Positions 25,245 to 35,169 of a stretch of 59,490 nt of DNA are shown here, piece after piece (the stretch's first letter is position 1; each line of letters begins with the position of its first letter). The notes below the pieces were generated by a model that saw only the letters and a program-made list of their open reading frames with translations, did not search any database and was not told the DNA's origin. Source of the DNA: Deinococcales bacterium (GTDB taxonomy: Bacteria > Deinococcota > Deinococci > Deinococcales > JAAFIG01). Where the stretch lies: contig JAAFJQ010000001.1 of NCBI GenBank assembly GCA_013298185.1, positions 26,272-85,761 on the forward strand. Direction: 5' to 3'. Made by a program: the position numbers and the translations under genes.

Positions 25245-25811
25245 TTAAGCCCACCAGACCAGTTGAAAACCCATCACGCTCACAGGTTTGCCAACAAGGT
25301 AGACATTGGTCTGTGTGTAAACATTCTCAAAAGGCTCAGTAAAGACCTCGAGTTTATTGGTCTGAACATGATAAACCCAGTATTCAGGAATCCCATTCCG
25401 CGCATAGGCAGCCAGTTTCTCAGTGCGATCTCGGTCTAAGGTGGAGTCAGACACTTCAATAAGAAGGAGCGCATCGCTCGAGTCAGCATCTCGAGTTGCG
25501 TACTGCTCGGCAGGAAGATTGAGCAGAGCAAGGTCAGGTTCAACAAAATCTGGCGGAGGGGAAATTAAAACCAAGGGTAGTTGGACTCGAATACAGGCTT
25601 GTTCTGTTAAATGCGCGTAAAACCAAGCTGATAAACGCTGAATGACATACGCATGTTGCGGACTTTGTTTGCCCTTCACAGTCAGTTCTCCATTCAGCAA
25701 TTCGACATGTTGGTCTGCGAACATACCCAAATCAGACATCTGAGCAAATTCAGCGAAGGTAAACCTGCGAAGCTCGAGTGGTGTGCTAGGGCGTTCTGCC
25801 AATAGCGTCAT
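25245..25811 (-). CDS. Uma2-family (DUF820) restriction-endonuclease-fold protein
   Basis: ..VELLNGEL.....QSPQHA.., PDLALL, LLIEVSDSTLDRDRTEKLAAYARNGIPEYWV give the PD-(D/E)xK pattern of Uma2. Confidence 0.85.
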   Translation of the reverse strand: MTLLAERPSTPLELRRFTFAEFAQMSDLGMFADQHVELLNGELTVKGKQSPQHAYVIQRLSAWFYAHLTEQACIRVQLPLVLISPPPDFVEPDLALLNLPAEQYATRDADSSDALLLIEVSDSTLDRDRTEKLAAYARNGIPEYWVYHVQTNKLEVFTEPFENVYTQTNVYLVGKPVSVMGFQLVWWA

Positions 25812-25823
25812 GGAGAAATTCTA

Positions 25824-25859
25824 GCAGAAAGGCGAATGAAAATTCATTCGCCTTTCTGC
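25824..25859 (-). terminator. Hairpin downstream of the liv operon
   Basis: GCAGAAAGGCGAATGAA-aa-TTCATTCGCCTTTCTGC, a 17-bp perfect inverted repeat. Confidence 0.6.
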
Positions 25860-25874
25860 TTACCTCTTTTGCTG

Positions 25875-26594
25875 TTAATCTTCGCCGAGGTACTTTTTAC
25901 GCACGGCTTCGTTGTTTTTCAAATCTTCGCCTGTACCTTGTAGCACGATCTCGCCGGTTTGCAACACATAACCTCGGTTGGAAATGCCAAGTGCCATCAG
26001 TGCGTTTTGTTCGACCAACAAAATGGTTTTACCAGCTTTGTTGAGGGCAACCACACTGTCAAAAATGGTTTCGACGAACAGTGGGCTTAGACCCATGCTT
26101 GGTTCGTCCAGCAAAATCAATTCGGGGTCTATCATCAAAGCCCTAGCAAACGCCAGCATTTGCTGCTCACCGCCAGATAACGTGCCTCCAAGTTGGCTTT
26201 GGCGTTCACGCAAACGTGGGAAAATCTCAAAGCCTTGCTGCATTCGCTTGGTAATCAGGTTACGGTCTTTAACGGTGTATGCGCCTAACTCGAGGTTTTC
26301 TTTGACAGTTAAACGCGGGAAAATTCGCCGTCCTTCGGGAACATGGGCTAAGCCCTTGGTGACAATTTCGTGTGGGGCAACCGAGTTGAGGTTCTGTCCC
26401 TTGTACTTCACATAACCTTGCTTGGGTGGCTTAAGCATTGAAATCGTGCGAAGCGTGGTGGTTTTGCCAGCCCCGTTACCACCAATCAAACAGACAATTT
26501 CGCCTTTGTTGACGGTGAAAGTTAAGCCTTTTAAGGCATGAATCTGCCCATAATAGGTGTGCAGGTCGTTAATCTCGAGCATCACTTCACTCAT
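25875..26594 (-). CDS. livF: Branched-chain amino acid ABC transporter ATP-binding protein LivF
   Basis: Walker A GGNGAGKTT, signature LSGGEQQML, Walker B ILLDEPS. Confidence 0.9.
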   Translation of the reverse strand: MSEVMLEINDLHTYYGQIHALKGLTFTVNKGEIVCLIGGNGAGKTTTLRTISMLKPPKQGYVKYKGQNLNSVAPHEIVTKGLAHVPEGRRIFPRLTVKENLELGAYTVKDRNLITKRMQQGFEIFPRLRERQSQLGGTLSGGEQQMLAFARALMIDPELILLDEPSMGLSPLFVETIFDSVVALNKAGKTILLVEQNALMALGISNRGYVLQTGEIVLQGTGEDLKNNEAVRKKYLGED

Positions 26595-27397
26595 GCGGCT
26601 TCACCTCCTTCGGTTTTGCCGAATTCACCGGCGGCTGCACCGCGCCCGAGGTAGGCTTCAATGACTTGCGGATTGTTACGAACTTCGTGGGGTAATCCTT
26701 CGGCAATTTTTGTGCCGTAATCCAGCACCGTGACATTATCGGAAATCGTCATCACCACGCGCATATCGTGTTCGATCAGCACCACGGTAATGCCCTGCTC
26801 GTCGCGCAGGCGGCGAATCAGATGCTTGGTACTTTCCGTTTCTTGCGGGTTCATGCCAGCCGTAGGTTCATCCAGCAGAATCAATTTGGGATTGGTGGCA
26901 AGCGCCCGAGCAATCTCGAGGCGGCGCTGTTCACCATACGGCAAGTTGGCGGCCAGTTCATCGCGCTTCTCGAGCAAACCCACAAACTCGAGCAGTTCCT
27001 TGGCTCGCAGCAAACCAGCCCGCTCGTCTTGCTTGTAGTTTTTATTGTGCAGAATGGCATCCAAAAAACTGGTGGTGGCTCGGGTATGGCGTCCAACCAA
27101 GACATTCTCGAGGGTGGTCATTGCACCGAATAACCTGATGTTTTGAAAGGTTCGCGCAATGCCTTTTTCAGTGACTTCGTCTGGGCGCAGACCAATCAGG
27201 TTTTGTCCATCAAAGACAATTTCGCCTGAGGTGGGTTTGTAAATACCGGTAATCATGTTAAAAAACGTGGTTTTACCAGCGCCGTTGGGTCCAATCACAC
27301 TGATGATGCTCTTTTCTGGCACTTGGAAAGTCACGTCGTTGACTGCCGTTAAACCACCAAAGACTTTGCGGGCTTTATTGACATTGAGTAACATCAT
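26591..27397 (-). CDS. livG: Branched-chain amino acid ABC transporter ATP-binding protein LivG
   Basis: Walker A GPNGAGKTT, LPYGEQRRLEIARAL, Walker B ILLDEPTAG, and the C-terminal BCA_ABC_TP_C-like VIEAYLG. Confidence 0.9.
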   Translation of the reverse strand: MMLLNVNKARKVFGGLTAVNDVTFQVPEKSIISVIGPNGAGKTTFFNMITGIYKPTSGEIVFDGQNLIGLRPDEVTEKGIARTFQNIRLFGAMTTLENVLVGRHTRATTSFLDAILHNKNYKQDERAGLLRAKELLEFVGLLEKRDELAANLPYGEQRRLEIARALATNPKLILLDEPTAGMNPQETESTKHLIRRLRDEQGITVVLIEHDMRVVMTISDNVTVLDYGTKIAEGLPHEVRNNPQVIEAYLGRGAAAGEFGKTEGGEAA

Positions 27398-28677
27398 TTC
27401 ACCCCTTTGGCTAACTCACCATGTTCCAAATTCTCGAGTTTAGCAGGTTGTCGTACCGCTGGCACAAGCCCTTTAGGTCTTAGAATCATCATCGCAATCA
27501 GGATTAAACCGTAAATCAGTTGTTGGTACTGGGTTGGGTCAAAACGCGGTGGCAGGTTAATCAGTTGCAGCACTCGAGAAATCTCGACCAGCACCAATTG
27601 GTTAAGGCTAATCACAATTGCCGCGCCAACAATCACACCGGGAATGCTGCCCAAACCACCCAAGACCACCATAGCCAAAATTTGCGTGCTGCGTTCAAAG
27701 TTAAAGTCGTTCGGGGAAATAAAACCAATCACGGCGGCGTACAGCACACCCATTGCACCAGCAAAACTCGCGCCTGTCGCAAAAGCAATCAATTTGGTTC
27801 GCACCAATGGAATGCCCATGGCTTGGGCTGCGACCTCGTCCTCGCGCATGGCCACCCATGCCCGTCCGATTCTCGAGTTATCAAGGCGGGTGGTGAAAAG
27901 AATGACCGCGATCACCACAAGCAGAATCAGCACATAGTACATGGTCAGTTGCATTTGAAAAAATGGAATATTGGTGGCTTGCGAAAGCGGCACAGTGATA
28001 AACGCCAACGGGCTGTTCTCGGGGTTCGGCGCAATTCGCACGCCTTGCGAGCCATTGGTGATGTTGATTGGTTTATTGAGGTTATTCGCCAGCACACGAA
28101 TCACTTCACCAAGACCAAGCGTGATGATTGCCAAATAATCACCTTTGACTTTCAGCACAGGTAACCCGAGAAGCGCCCCGACCACAGCCGCCACAAACAA
28201 AGCAATGGGAATGAATAAAAACACCAGATTGCCGTTTAAGGGGAAAAGATTACCTGAAATAAAATTATTGGCTTGCGATCCACCAAAAATTGCCCAGAGG
28301 TACGCACCGACAGCAAAAAATGCGGCATAACCCAAGTCAAGCAAACCAGCAAACCCAACCACCACATTTAAGCCCAGTGCCATTGCCGCAAAAATGCAGA
28401 TGGTCACAACCACTTGTAAGTACAAGGAATTGGCAAAACCAATCAGTGGAATGCCCAACACCAGCACCAGTACAAAGACCACGATTTGCGCCACTCGAGT
28501 CACTTTCCAAGAAGTCGCAAAAAACAAATGCAGCGCAAACAACATCACCACAGGCGTAACAAAATAACTTTCAATTGTATTTTTTTGCAGCACCATCAGG
28601 TAAGCCACCAAACCAAAAACCAAGGTTGAAGCCATCAACAAAGTGCTGCGTGTTGCAAGGGGAAGTTTTTCGATCAT
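27394..28677 (-). CDS. livM: Branched-chain amino acid ABC transporter permease LivM
   Basis: 427 aa, multi-TM, with LLDLGYAAFFAVGAY typical of LivM, in operon context. Confidence 0.85.
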   Translation of the reverse strand: MIEKLPLATRSTLLMASTLVFGLVAYLMVLQKNTIESYFVTPVVMLFALHLFFATSWKVTRVAQIVVFVLVLVLGIPLIGFANSLYLQVVVTICIFAAMALGLNVVVGFAGLLDLGYAAFFAVGAYLWAIFGGSQANNFISGNLFPLNGNLVFLFIPIALFVAAVVGALLGLPVLKVKGDYLAIITLGLGEVIRVLANNLNKPINITNGSQGVRIAPNPENSPLAFITVPLSQATNIPFFQMQLTMYYVLILLVVIAVILFTTRLDNSRIGRAWVAMREDEVAAQAMGIPLVRTKLIAFATGASFAGAMGVLYAAVIGFISPNDFNFERSTQILAMVVLGGLGSIPGVIVGAAIVISLNQLVLVEISRVLQLINLPPRFDPTQYQQLIYGLILIAMMILRPKGLVPAVRQPAKLENLEHGELAKGVK

Positions 28678-29642
28678 ACTTTTTCTGCCACCGCCTTTCC
28701 AAGTAAACCGGCTGGCTTAAAGATCAAAATGACAATCAGCAACCCGAACGCCACAATGTCTTTGTACTCTGTACCAATTTGGTCATTGGTCATTAAAGGC
28801 AAATATGTTCCAGCAAACGTCTCGAGTAAACCCAGAATAATACCGCCCACCACCGCGCCCGGAATACTTCCAATCCCACCTAGCACTGCCGCCGTAAAGG
28901 CTTTTAAGCCCGGAATAAAGCCCATGACTGGCGATGCCACACCGTATTTCAGTGCGTACAGCACTCCTGCCACCCCACCCAATGCGCCACCAATAAAAAA
29001 GGTGATTACGATGATGTTAGAAACGTTAATACCCATCAAGCTGCTGGTGCTTTGGTCTTGGGCAACAGCCCTGATGCCACGCCCGAGATTGGTGTAATTG
29101 ACCAAATAAACCAATCCAGCCAACATCAACATCACCACCACAAAAACCGTCATGGTTTTATAGTTAATCGAAACAAAACCCAAGTTAATGGTTTGTGTGA
29201 AAAAATCAAATGAGCCACCCGATGGAAACGGACGGTTTGGATTGGCTGGATTCAAGATCAAGCGCATCACGTCAATCAAAAGTAAGCTCATCCCAATGGC
29301 TGAAATCAGCGGCACGAGCTTAGGCGCATTCCGCACCCGAAGCGGACGATAAGCAAAACGCTCAACCGCCACCGCCAAAATTCCTGCCGCACCGGCTGCC
29401 ACAACAATTGCAATAATCAATTGAAAAACAGGATGCAGACCTGTCGGAATCAGCACTGCTGTCAGTAACTCCACGCCGATGACTGCACCAACCATAAAAA
29501 TTTCCGAGTGGGCAAAGTTAATAAACTCGAGAACACCGTAGACCATCGTATAACCAAGGGCGATCACCGCGTACATCAGACCAATGCTCAACCCATCCAC
29601 AATGGTTGGCGCAAGCAAACCAAAAAACAATTCTGCTGACAT
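28674..29642 (-). CDS. livH: Branched-chain amino acid ABC transporter permease LivH
   Basis: Multi-TM with GLMYAVIALGYTMVYGVLEFINFAHSE typical of LivH. The ATG at 29642 follows AAGAGAGG. Confidence 0.85.
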   Translation of the reverse strand: MSAELFFGLLAPTIVDGLSIGLMYAVIALGYTMVYGVLEFINFAHSEIFMVGAVIGVELLTAVLIPTGLHPVFQLIIAIVVAAGAAGILAVAVERFAYRPLRVRNAPKLVPLISAIGMSLLLIDVMRLILNPANPNRPFPSGGSFDFFTQTINLGFVSINYKTMTVFVVVMLMLAGLVYLVNYTNLGRGIRAVAQDQSTSSLMGINVSNIIVITFFIGGALGGVAGVLYALKYGVASPVMGFIPGLKAFTAAVLGGIGSIPGAVVGGIILGLLETFAGTYLPLMTNDQIGTEYKDIVAFGLLIVILIFKPAGLLGKAVAEKV

Positions 29643-29664
29643 ATTGACCTCTCTTTGACTCAAG

Positions 29665-29712
29665 GCTCATAGCTCATAGCTCATAGCTCATAGCCCATAG
29701 CTCATAGCCCAT
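29665..29712. repeat. Tandem heptamer GCTCATA x6.5 in the livJ-livH spacer
   Basis: gctcata gctcata gctcata gctcata gcccata gctcata gcccat. Confidence 0.9.
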
Positions 29713-29785
29713 TTTCCTCGAGCCTGACCTCAAAAAACGACAAAAGGACGGGTTTCCCCGTCCTTAGTTGTACCAACTTAAAAAT

Positions 29786-30958
29786 TTACTTCAAGTCTGG
29801 TGTTGGAGCAGCCACGCTGACAATTTTGCTGACTTTGTTGTCATCGTAGTTGTCTTGTGCAGCCACAATCACGTACTTCGCAACTGGCAAGTCGCCACGG
29901 TTGTTGAAGCTGATTGCACCAGTAATGCCTTGGAACTTGACTTTACGAACTTCAGCAGCCACCGATTCACGGCTTGGCTTGTTGTTCTTGTTGCCTTTGG
30001 CAGCAGCGGCAATGGCGCGGATGATGACGCGAGCAGCATCGTAACCGTAGGCAGCGTAACCTTCGGCAGCCACGTTAAACTTGCTGTTGTAGCGTTGGGC
30101 AAAGCCACGAGCAGCTGGCAGGCTCGAGAGTGGCACGGCGGTGGTGGTGAAGAAGACATTCTTCATGCTTCCACCCAAGGCTTGCAAGTCAGAGCCGTCC
30201 AAGCCGTCGCCACCGACAAATGGCACGTTGATGCTGCGGGCGCGCATTTGCTTCAAGAGCGGACCTGCTTGGTCGTAAATACCAGCGTAGTAGACAACAT
30301 CTGGTTTCTCGGCAACGGCGCGGTTGAGGATGGTAGCAAAGTCACGTTCAGAGGCTTCGATACCAATTTCAGTGGTGCTTGCGCCTTTGGCTTTGGCACG
30401 AGCAGCAAATGCAGCTGCCAGACCTTCACCGTAAGCGGTCTTGTCGTTGATGACGTAGATTTTCTTGGCTTTCAAGGTGTCAATCACGTAATCTGCGCCG
30501 GCTGGTCCTTGCACATCGTCGCGTCCGCAGATACGGCTCATGACGTTGACGGTGGACTTACGGTCAGTGACGAGTGGGTTGGTGTTGGCTGGTGAAACAG
30601 CTGGCAAGCTAACGCGAGCGTAAACTTCGCTCGAAGGAATTGCCACACCAGAGTTGAGGTGTCCGACAACGCCCAAGATGTCGCCGTCGTTGATCATACG
30701 GTTGGCATTTGCCACACCTTGTTCGGCTTTGGCTTGGTCATCAAATGGTGCGTACTCGAGTCTAAAGCCAAGGCTCGTGATGAGCTTACCTTCGTCGTCA
30801 ACTGCCAAGCGCACACCGTTGGAAATGGCAACGCCGAGCTTTGATTGACCGCCCGAAAGTGGGGTTTGCGAAGCAATCTTGATAACACCCTTGTTTTGAG
30901 CTTCTGCACCCATAGCGAGCGCGGCGAGAACTGCTAAACCTAAATAACGTTTCTTCAT
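29786..30958 (-). CDS. livJ: Branched-chain amino acid ABC transporter substrate-binding protein (LivJ/LivK-like)
   Basis: 390 aa with a signal peptide, then IKIASQTPLSGGQSKLG..., typical of type I periplasmic binding proteins of the Leu/Ile/Val family. Confidence 0.85.
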   Translation of the reverse strand: MKKRYLGLAVLAALAMGAEAQNKGVIKIASQTPLSGGQSKLGVAISNGVRLAVDDEGKLITSLGFRLEYAPFDDQAKAEQGVANANRMINDGDILGVVGHLNSGVAIPSSEVYARVSLPAVSPANTNPLVTDRKSTVNVMSRICGRDDVQGPAGADYVIDTLKAKKIYVINDKTAYGEGLAAAFAARAKAKGASTTEIGIEASERDFATILNRAVAEKPDVVYYAGIYDQAGPLLKQMRARSINVPFVGGDGLDGSDLQALGGSMKNVFFTTTAVPLSSLPAARGFAQRYNSKFNVAAEGYAAYGYDAARVIIRAIAAAAKGNKNNKPSRESVAAEVRKVKFQGITGAISFNNRGDLPVAKYVIVAAQDNYDDNKVSKIVSVAAPTPDLK

Positions 30959-31266
30959 CCCATCCTCCTATAACAAAACAAATCATGAACTCGGTTCTCG
31001 AGACAAGCGTTTGTTTTTGGTTAAATCTTGGGGATTCTAAGGAAACATCCGTCCATTGTCAATGTCTATCGGCTGCAATCTTGTACTAAATTTGGTGCAG
31101 AGACACAATTAATTCCTCTGTTCTGCACCATTTCTATGACGTGACCGTAGACATAAAGTCCGATTTTGAAAGCACCTGCACAATCAGACCAAACCGAACA
31201 AAATTCAGTATCAGATGTTATCTACATGGCACAAACCAAAGCCCAAACCCGATACTTTTGGAACGT

Positions 31267-32220
31267 ATGAACTTACTTGGTTTGCACCATATCTCGGGTA
31301 TCACAGGCAAAATCGAACAAAATCATGTCTTTTACACCCAAACCTTGGGTATGCGCTTGGTCAAAAAAACCGTCAATCAAGATGACACCCGCGCTTATCA
31401 TCTTTTCTATGCCGATAAACAAGGCTCACCCGGTTCGGATGTAACGTTTTTTGATTGGGCAAACGCTGCTCCAGAACGCTATGGCAACCACAGCATCAGC
31501 CGCACAGGATTGCGGGTTGGCTCGAGTGAAAGCATCGAATTCTGGGCAAAGCGCCTGAGTGACGCTGGTATCAAGACCAACCAACCAGAACTGCGCCACA
31601 ACCGTCTGACTTTGGATTTTTCTGACCTCGAGGGACAACGCCTGAGCCTGATTGCTGACTCGAGTGAGGATAACATTGTGCCTTGGACAGAACACATCCC
31701 AGCCGAACACGCAATACGTGGTTTGGGTGCAGTCACACTGACCATCCCACAAGAAAAACCCACTGCTCAAGTCCTAGAAAAAGTCATGAACATGCGCCAA
31801 GTCGCCGAGTACGTTTCCCCCAACAGCCCAGCCCATAAAGTCAGTGTTTACCAAATGACCCAAGGCGGCAGCAACACCGAAATTCACCTCGAGATTCGCC
31901 CAGATTTGCACCCAGCCCGCCCAGGTGCAGGAGGAATGCACCATGTGGCTTTTCGAGTTCCCAATGCCGAAGCCCACGCCGCTTGGCTCGAGCGACTAAC
32001 GCAATTTGGCTTGCGTCACTCTGGTTTGGTAGACAGATATTACTTCAAAGCAGGATACTTTCGAGAACCCAACGGGATATTATTTGAACTTTCCACCGAT
32101 GACCCCGGTTTTGTGACTGACGAACCCGAGGAAACCCTAGGACAGCGCCTTGCCTTGCCGCCATTTCTCGAGGGCAGACGCCCTGAAATTGAGCGGCATT
32201 TGAAGCCACTAGCTTTTTAA
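31267..32220 (+). CDS. Ring-cleaving dioxygenase, VOC superfamily (MhqA/MhqO-like, two glyoxalase domains)
   Basis: From the ATG at 31267: LLGLHHISGITGKIEQNHVFYTQTLGMRLVKKTVNQDD..AYHLFYAD.QGSPGSDVTFFDW, then a second domain with GMHHVAFRV. Confidence 0.8.
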   Translation: MNLLGLHHISGITGKIEQNHVFYTQTLGMRLVKKTVNQDDTRAYHLFYADKQGSPGSDVTFFDWANAAPERYGNHSISRTGLRVGSSESIEFWAKRLSDAGIKTNQPELRHNRLTLDFSDLEGQRLSLIADSSEDNIVPWTEHIPAEHAIRGLGAVTLTIPQEKPTAQVLEKVMNMRQVAEYVSPNSPAHKVSVYQMTQGGSNTEIHLEIRPDLHPARPGAGGMHHVAFRVPNAEAHAAWLERLTQFGLRHSGLVDRYYFKAGYFREPNGILFELSTDDPGFVTDEPEETLGQRLALPPFLEGRRPEIERHLKPLAF

Positions 32221-33939
32221 CTGCTCGAGTTTGACTGTGTACTCGAGCCGTCTCGAGCGCCGTTTGGGTACATCAATATCCCAAAGTGGCATAAAGACAC
32301 TGGATTGGTATTGACCTTGATAGTAGACAGGGTGCGTCCAGAGCGTGGTTTCCCTAGGAAATTCAAAAGTCAGAGCCGCACCTAGCCATTCATCGCGCCA
32401 ACCTGCGCTTTGAATGTTGCGGTACTCGGCGGTTGCACCTAGGTCGCTCACAACTTGCTTACCCACGACAAATTGGCGCTCTTTCGAGTGTGGTGCAAGC
32501 AAAGCAAAATTCCATAAGCTGCCAAAGCGAGTGACAATATCCCAGTCGCCTTTATTATGAATTTGGTATTCAATCTCGAGCATGTTTTCTTTTGGCTTTA
32601 AGCGCACGGCTTTTTTGATTTCCACTGCTACAGGAGCGCCAGCCGGTCCGCGCACCGTGCCAAGGCGGGTCAGGGTGACACGGTCTCGGTACTTGCCAAT
32701 TTCGTATAAGCCATCCACAAAATCGCCTAACTCGAGGTACGTGCCATCGGCAAAGTTCTCAAAGGTCGTGGCTTCGGGTTCTAGGAAATGATCGGTCAGC
32801 GAAAGCGGTTGACTGAATGGGTCGCACAGGTTTGCCATCACTTCTCGAGCATCAAATTCCAGTATCCCACCACCATGCGAGGCGCTGAAATACAAGTTCA
32901 TGGTGTGCGCTTCGGCAATTGCGTCGGGTGTGCCGTCAAGGTCAAGGTCGCGGTAATCAATCTCGAGCCAACCGTATTTGCGAGGCTCGAGCAGGTTCTC
33001 GGCTTGGATTAAATGGCGATAGGCTTCAAAGCGCAAGTAGTTACGGCTTGCGCCTGAGTCTTGGAAAACAGCACTGTCTTGCGCTCGCCAAAGGTGCAAA
33101 AAGGCTTCTTCGGGGACACGAAACACCGCATTGAGCTTTTCCGAGGCGTAACGCAAACGCTGTTGCAAATGCCCAATGCCCGTTTGGGTGTGCAGCACCT
33201 CGCGCCAACTCGAGCCGTGACTGGGCTTAGCGTTGGGCAGGTAAACCACTTGGCTGCGGCGACTGGCATCGAGCATGGTGGATAAGCGCATGGTTTCAAA
33301 ATGCTCCAAATGCTCCAAGAGCGCCGAAAAGCCCTTAACCCGCCCTACAATGTCCTCGAGTTTAACCAGCAGTACCGTGTCAGCAGTCAGAAGCGGGGTA
33401 CTCTCGAGCGTGGCTTGTATACCGCGAAAAACCCGAATACGCTGCCCCATTTCTTCAGTGGCAAAAAGCAGTCCTTTGTCTATCTTAGCGGCTTGGAACA
33501 AGTTATCTGGCAGAATCGTGTACTCGAGACCCGTTTGGGCGAGCAGCGCAGGTAATTGCGCTTCCCAAGCAAATTCTGGTGTCCAAACGCCGCGCGGCGT
33601 GGCATTAAAGTATTTCTCGAGCAAACTGGTGTGGGCTTTGACTTGTCCTAACACATCGGCTTTGGGAGTCAGCGCCAAAAGTGGGTGGTACATTGCCCCA
33701 GCAATAAATTCAACTTTGGAACGCAGTGCCGCCAACCTCGAGAGGGCGATTGGCTCGAGCCGTTCAATCCATTCTAAAAGCGCTCCTGAGAGATAGAGGT
33801 TGCTTTTGAGCTTCGGGTGCGCCTCAAGTGCCGCCAAAGCAGGCAAATAGGCTTCACGCAAAGCACGTTGCACCCCTTCTTCGAGGTTGCCAACAGGCTG
33901 GTGGGCATATAAGACAAGTGCAATGCGTGGTGTGGTCAA
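32209..33939 (-). CDS. Glycoside hydrolase family 57 protein (alpha-glucan-active)
   Basis: 576 aa with N-terminal ALVLYAHQPVGN and later TPEFAWE.., consistent with GH57 plus C-terminal DUF1925/1926-like regions. Confidence 0.7.
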   Translation of the reverse strand: MTTPRIALVLYAHQPVGNLEEGVQRALREAYLPALAALEAHPKLKSNLYLSGALLEWIERLEPIALSRLAALRSKVEFIAGAMYHPLLALTPKADVLGQVKAHTSLLEKYFNATPRGVWTPEFAWEAQLPALLAQTGLEYTILPDNLFQAAKIDKGLLFATEEMGQRIRVFRGIQATLESTPLLTADTVLLVKLEDIVGRVKGFSALLEHLEHFETMRLSTMLDASRRSQVVYLPNAKPSHGSSWREVLHTQTGIGHLQQRLRYASEKLNAVFRVPEEAFLHLWRAQDSAVFQDSGASRNYLRFEAYRHLIQAENLLEPRKYGWLEIDYRDLDLDGTPDAIAEAHTMNLYFSASHGGGILEFDAREVMANLCDPFSQPLSLTDHFLEPEATTFENFADGTYLELGDFVDGLYEIGKYRDRVTLTRLGTVRGPAGAPVAVEIKKAVRLKPKENMLEIEYQIHNKGDWDIVTRFGSLWNFALLAPHSKERQFVVGKQVVSDLGATAEYRNIQSAGWRDEWLGAALTFEFPRETTLWTHPVYYQGQYQSSVFMPLWDIDVPKRRSRRLEYTVKLEQLKS

Positions 33940-34147
33940 ATTCGTCCTCGCTTTTGTGAAATTGATTTTGGAAATTGCTTGCCAAGCCTTATTTCACAGA
34001 GCATTTCTATTTTGAGATTACTCGAGATACCCAAAAACAGCAAGAGGCATGGTCAGATTCCCCCTTGACATTGTAGCCGATGTCCCGATACTCTGCACAC
34101 GTTTAGACAAACGTTTACAGAAACCCACCTTCTCGAGGAATCGTGTT

Positions 34148-35113
34148 ATGGCATTGGCTCGTCGTCCAACCATCAAAGATGTGGCAAAAATTGCTGGTGT
34201 GACCTACCCAACCGTCTCGAGGGTCTTGTCAGGCAAGCCTTATGTCGCTATTGAAACCAAAGAACGGGTGCTGAGCGCCATCTCTGAACTTGGCTATCGT
34301 CCATCGGCAGCAGCCCGGAGTATGGTCACCCAACGCACGCATTTAATTGCCATGCTCGTACCGCATTTGACCGATCCAAACTTTGGCATTCTTTTTTCAG
34401 GTGCAGAGCGCACAGCAAGGGAACAAGGCTACAGTGTGCTGGTGGCTGATTTTGATTCGGCTGCCGATAACGGGGGCATTTTAGCTGAGCATCGGGTGGA
34501 TGGGGTGCTGGTTCTCGAGCCGCAGAATTTCCATGGGCAGGAATACATCACCGATTTGCCACTGGTCGAACTGGACGACACCCCCGTTGACCACCGCGCT
34601 GGCGGGCGTTTGGTGGGGCAGCACCTTCGTCAACTTGGACACGAGCGCTTGGTCTTTATTGGCGGTCCTAAAGACGCACCACACGCCGTGGGACGTTACC
34701 AAGGCTTGCTCGAGGATTACCCAAATGCCACTTGGTACGCTGGCGACTGGACTGCCGAAAGCGGTTATGCCCTGCTCGAGACAGCTTTGCAGCACCAACC
34801 AACTGCGATTTTCGCGGCGAACGATTACATCGCGCTTGGGGTGATTCATGGGCTTCGCAACAAAGGTTTAAGCGTCCCCCAAGATATTTCCTTGGTTGGT
34901 TTTGATGACATACCTTTGGCAAAACATTTTAACCCGAGTCTAACCACAGTCCAACAACCGCTCGAGCAGCAAGGTTCAATGGCTGCTACATTCTTAATTG
35001 CTAAGTTGCGCGGACAAAAAACACCTGTGCAGCACGCCATTTCTCCCAATTTGATTTTACGTGAATCCACAGCCAAACAAGGAGGCAAAACGACAAAACA
35101 AAAAGCTCATTGA
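34148..35113 (+). CDS. LacI-family transcriptional regulator
   Basis: The HTH is PTIKDVAKIAGVTYPTVSRVLSGKP. The ATG at 34148 is the likely start. Confidence 0.85.
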   Translation: MALARRPTIKDVAKIAGVTYPTVSRVLSGKPYVAIETKERVLSAISELGYRPSAAARSMVTQRTHLIAMLVPHLTDPNFGILFSGAERTAREQGYSVLVADFDSAADNGGILAEHRVDGVLVLEPQNFHGQEYITDLPLVELDDTPVDHRAGGRLVGQHLRQLGHERLVFIGGPKDAPHAVGRYQGLLEDYPNATWYAGDWTAESGYALLETALQHQPTAIFAANDYIALGVIHGLRNKGLSVPQDISLVGFDDIPLAKHFNPSLTTVQQPLEQQGSMAATFLIAKLRGQKTPVQHAISPNLILRESTAKQGGKTTKQKAH

Positions 35114-35169
35114 CCCCAACCAAATTTATGTTAATCTGAGGTTCGCAACACAATTTAGGAGGAGTAAAG

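Noticed and set aside
29768-30595. A 275-aa ORF on the + strand, plus similar long ORFs at 35641-36432 (-), 17282-18007 (-), 27520-28164 (+), 4583-5176 (-) and 33275-33796 (+).
   Set aside because: All lie antisense to, or out of frame within, well-supported genes (livJ, the sugar SBP, hflX, livM, dppB, GH57). Their composition is low-complexity or Arg/Ser-rich, with no RBS or recognisable motifs. They look like shadow ORFs produced by codon bias.
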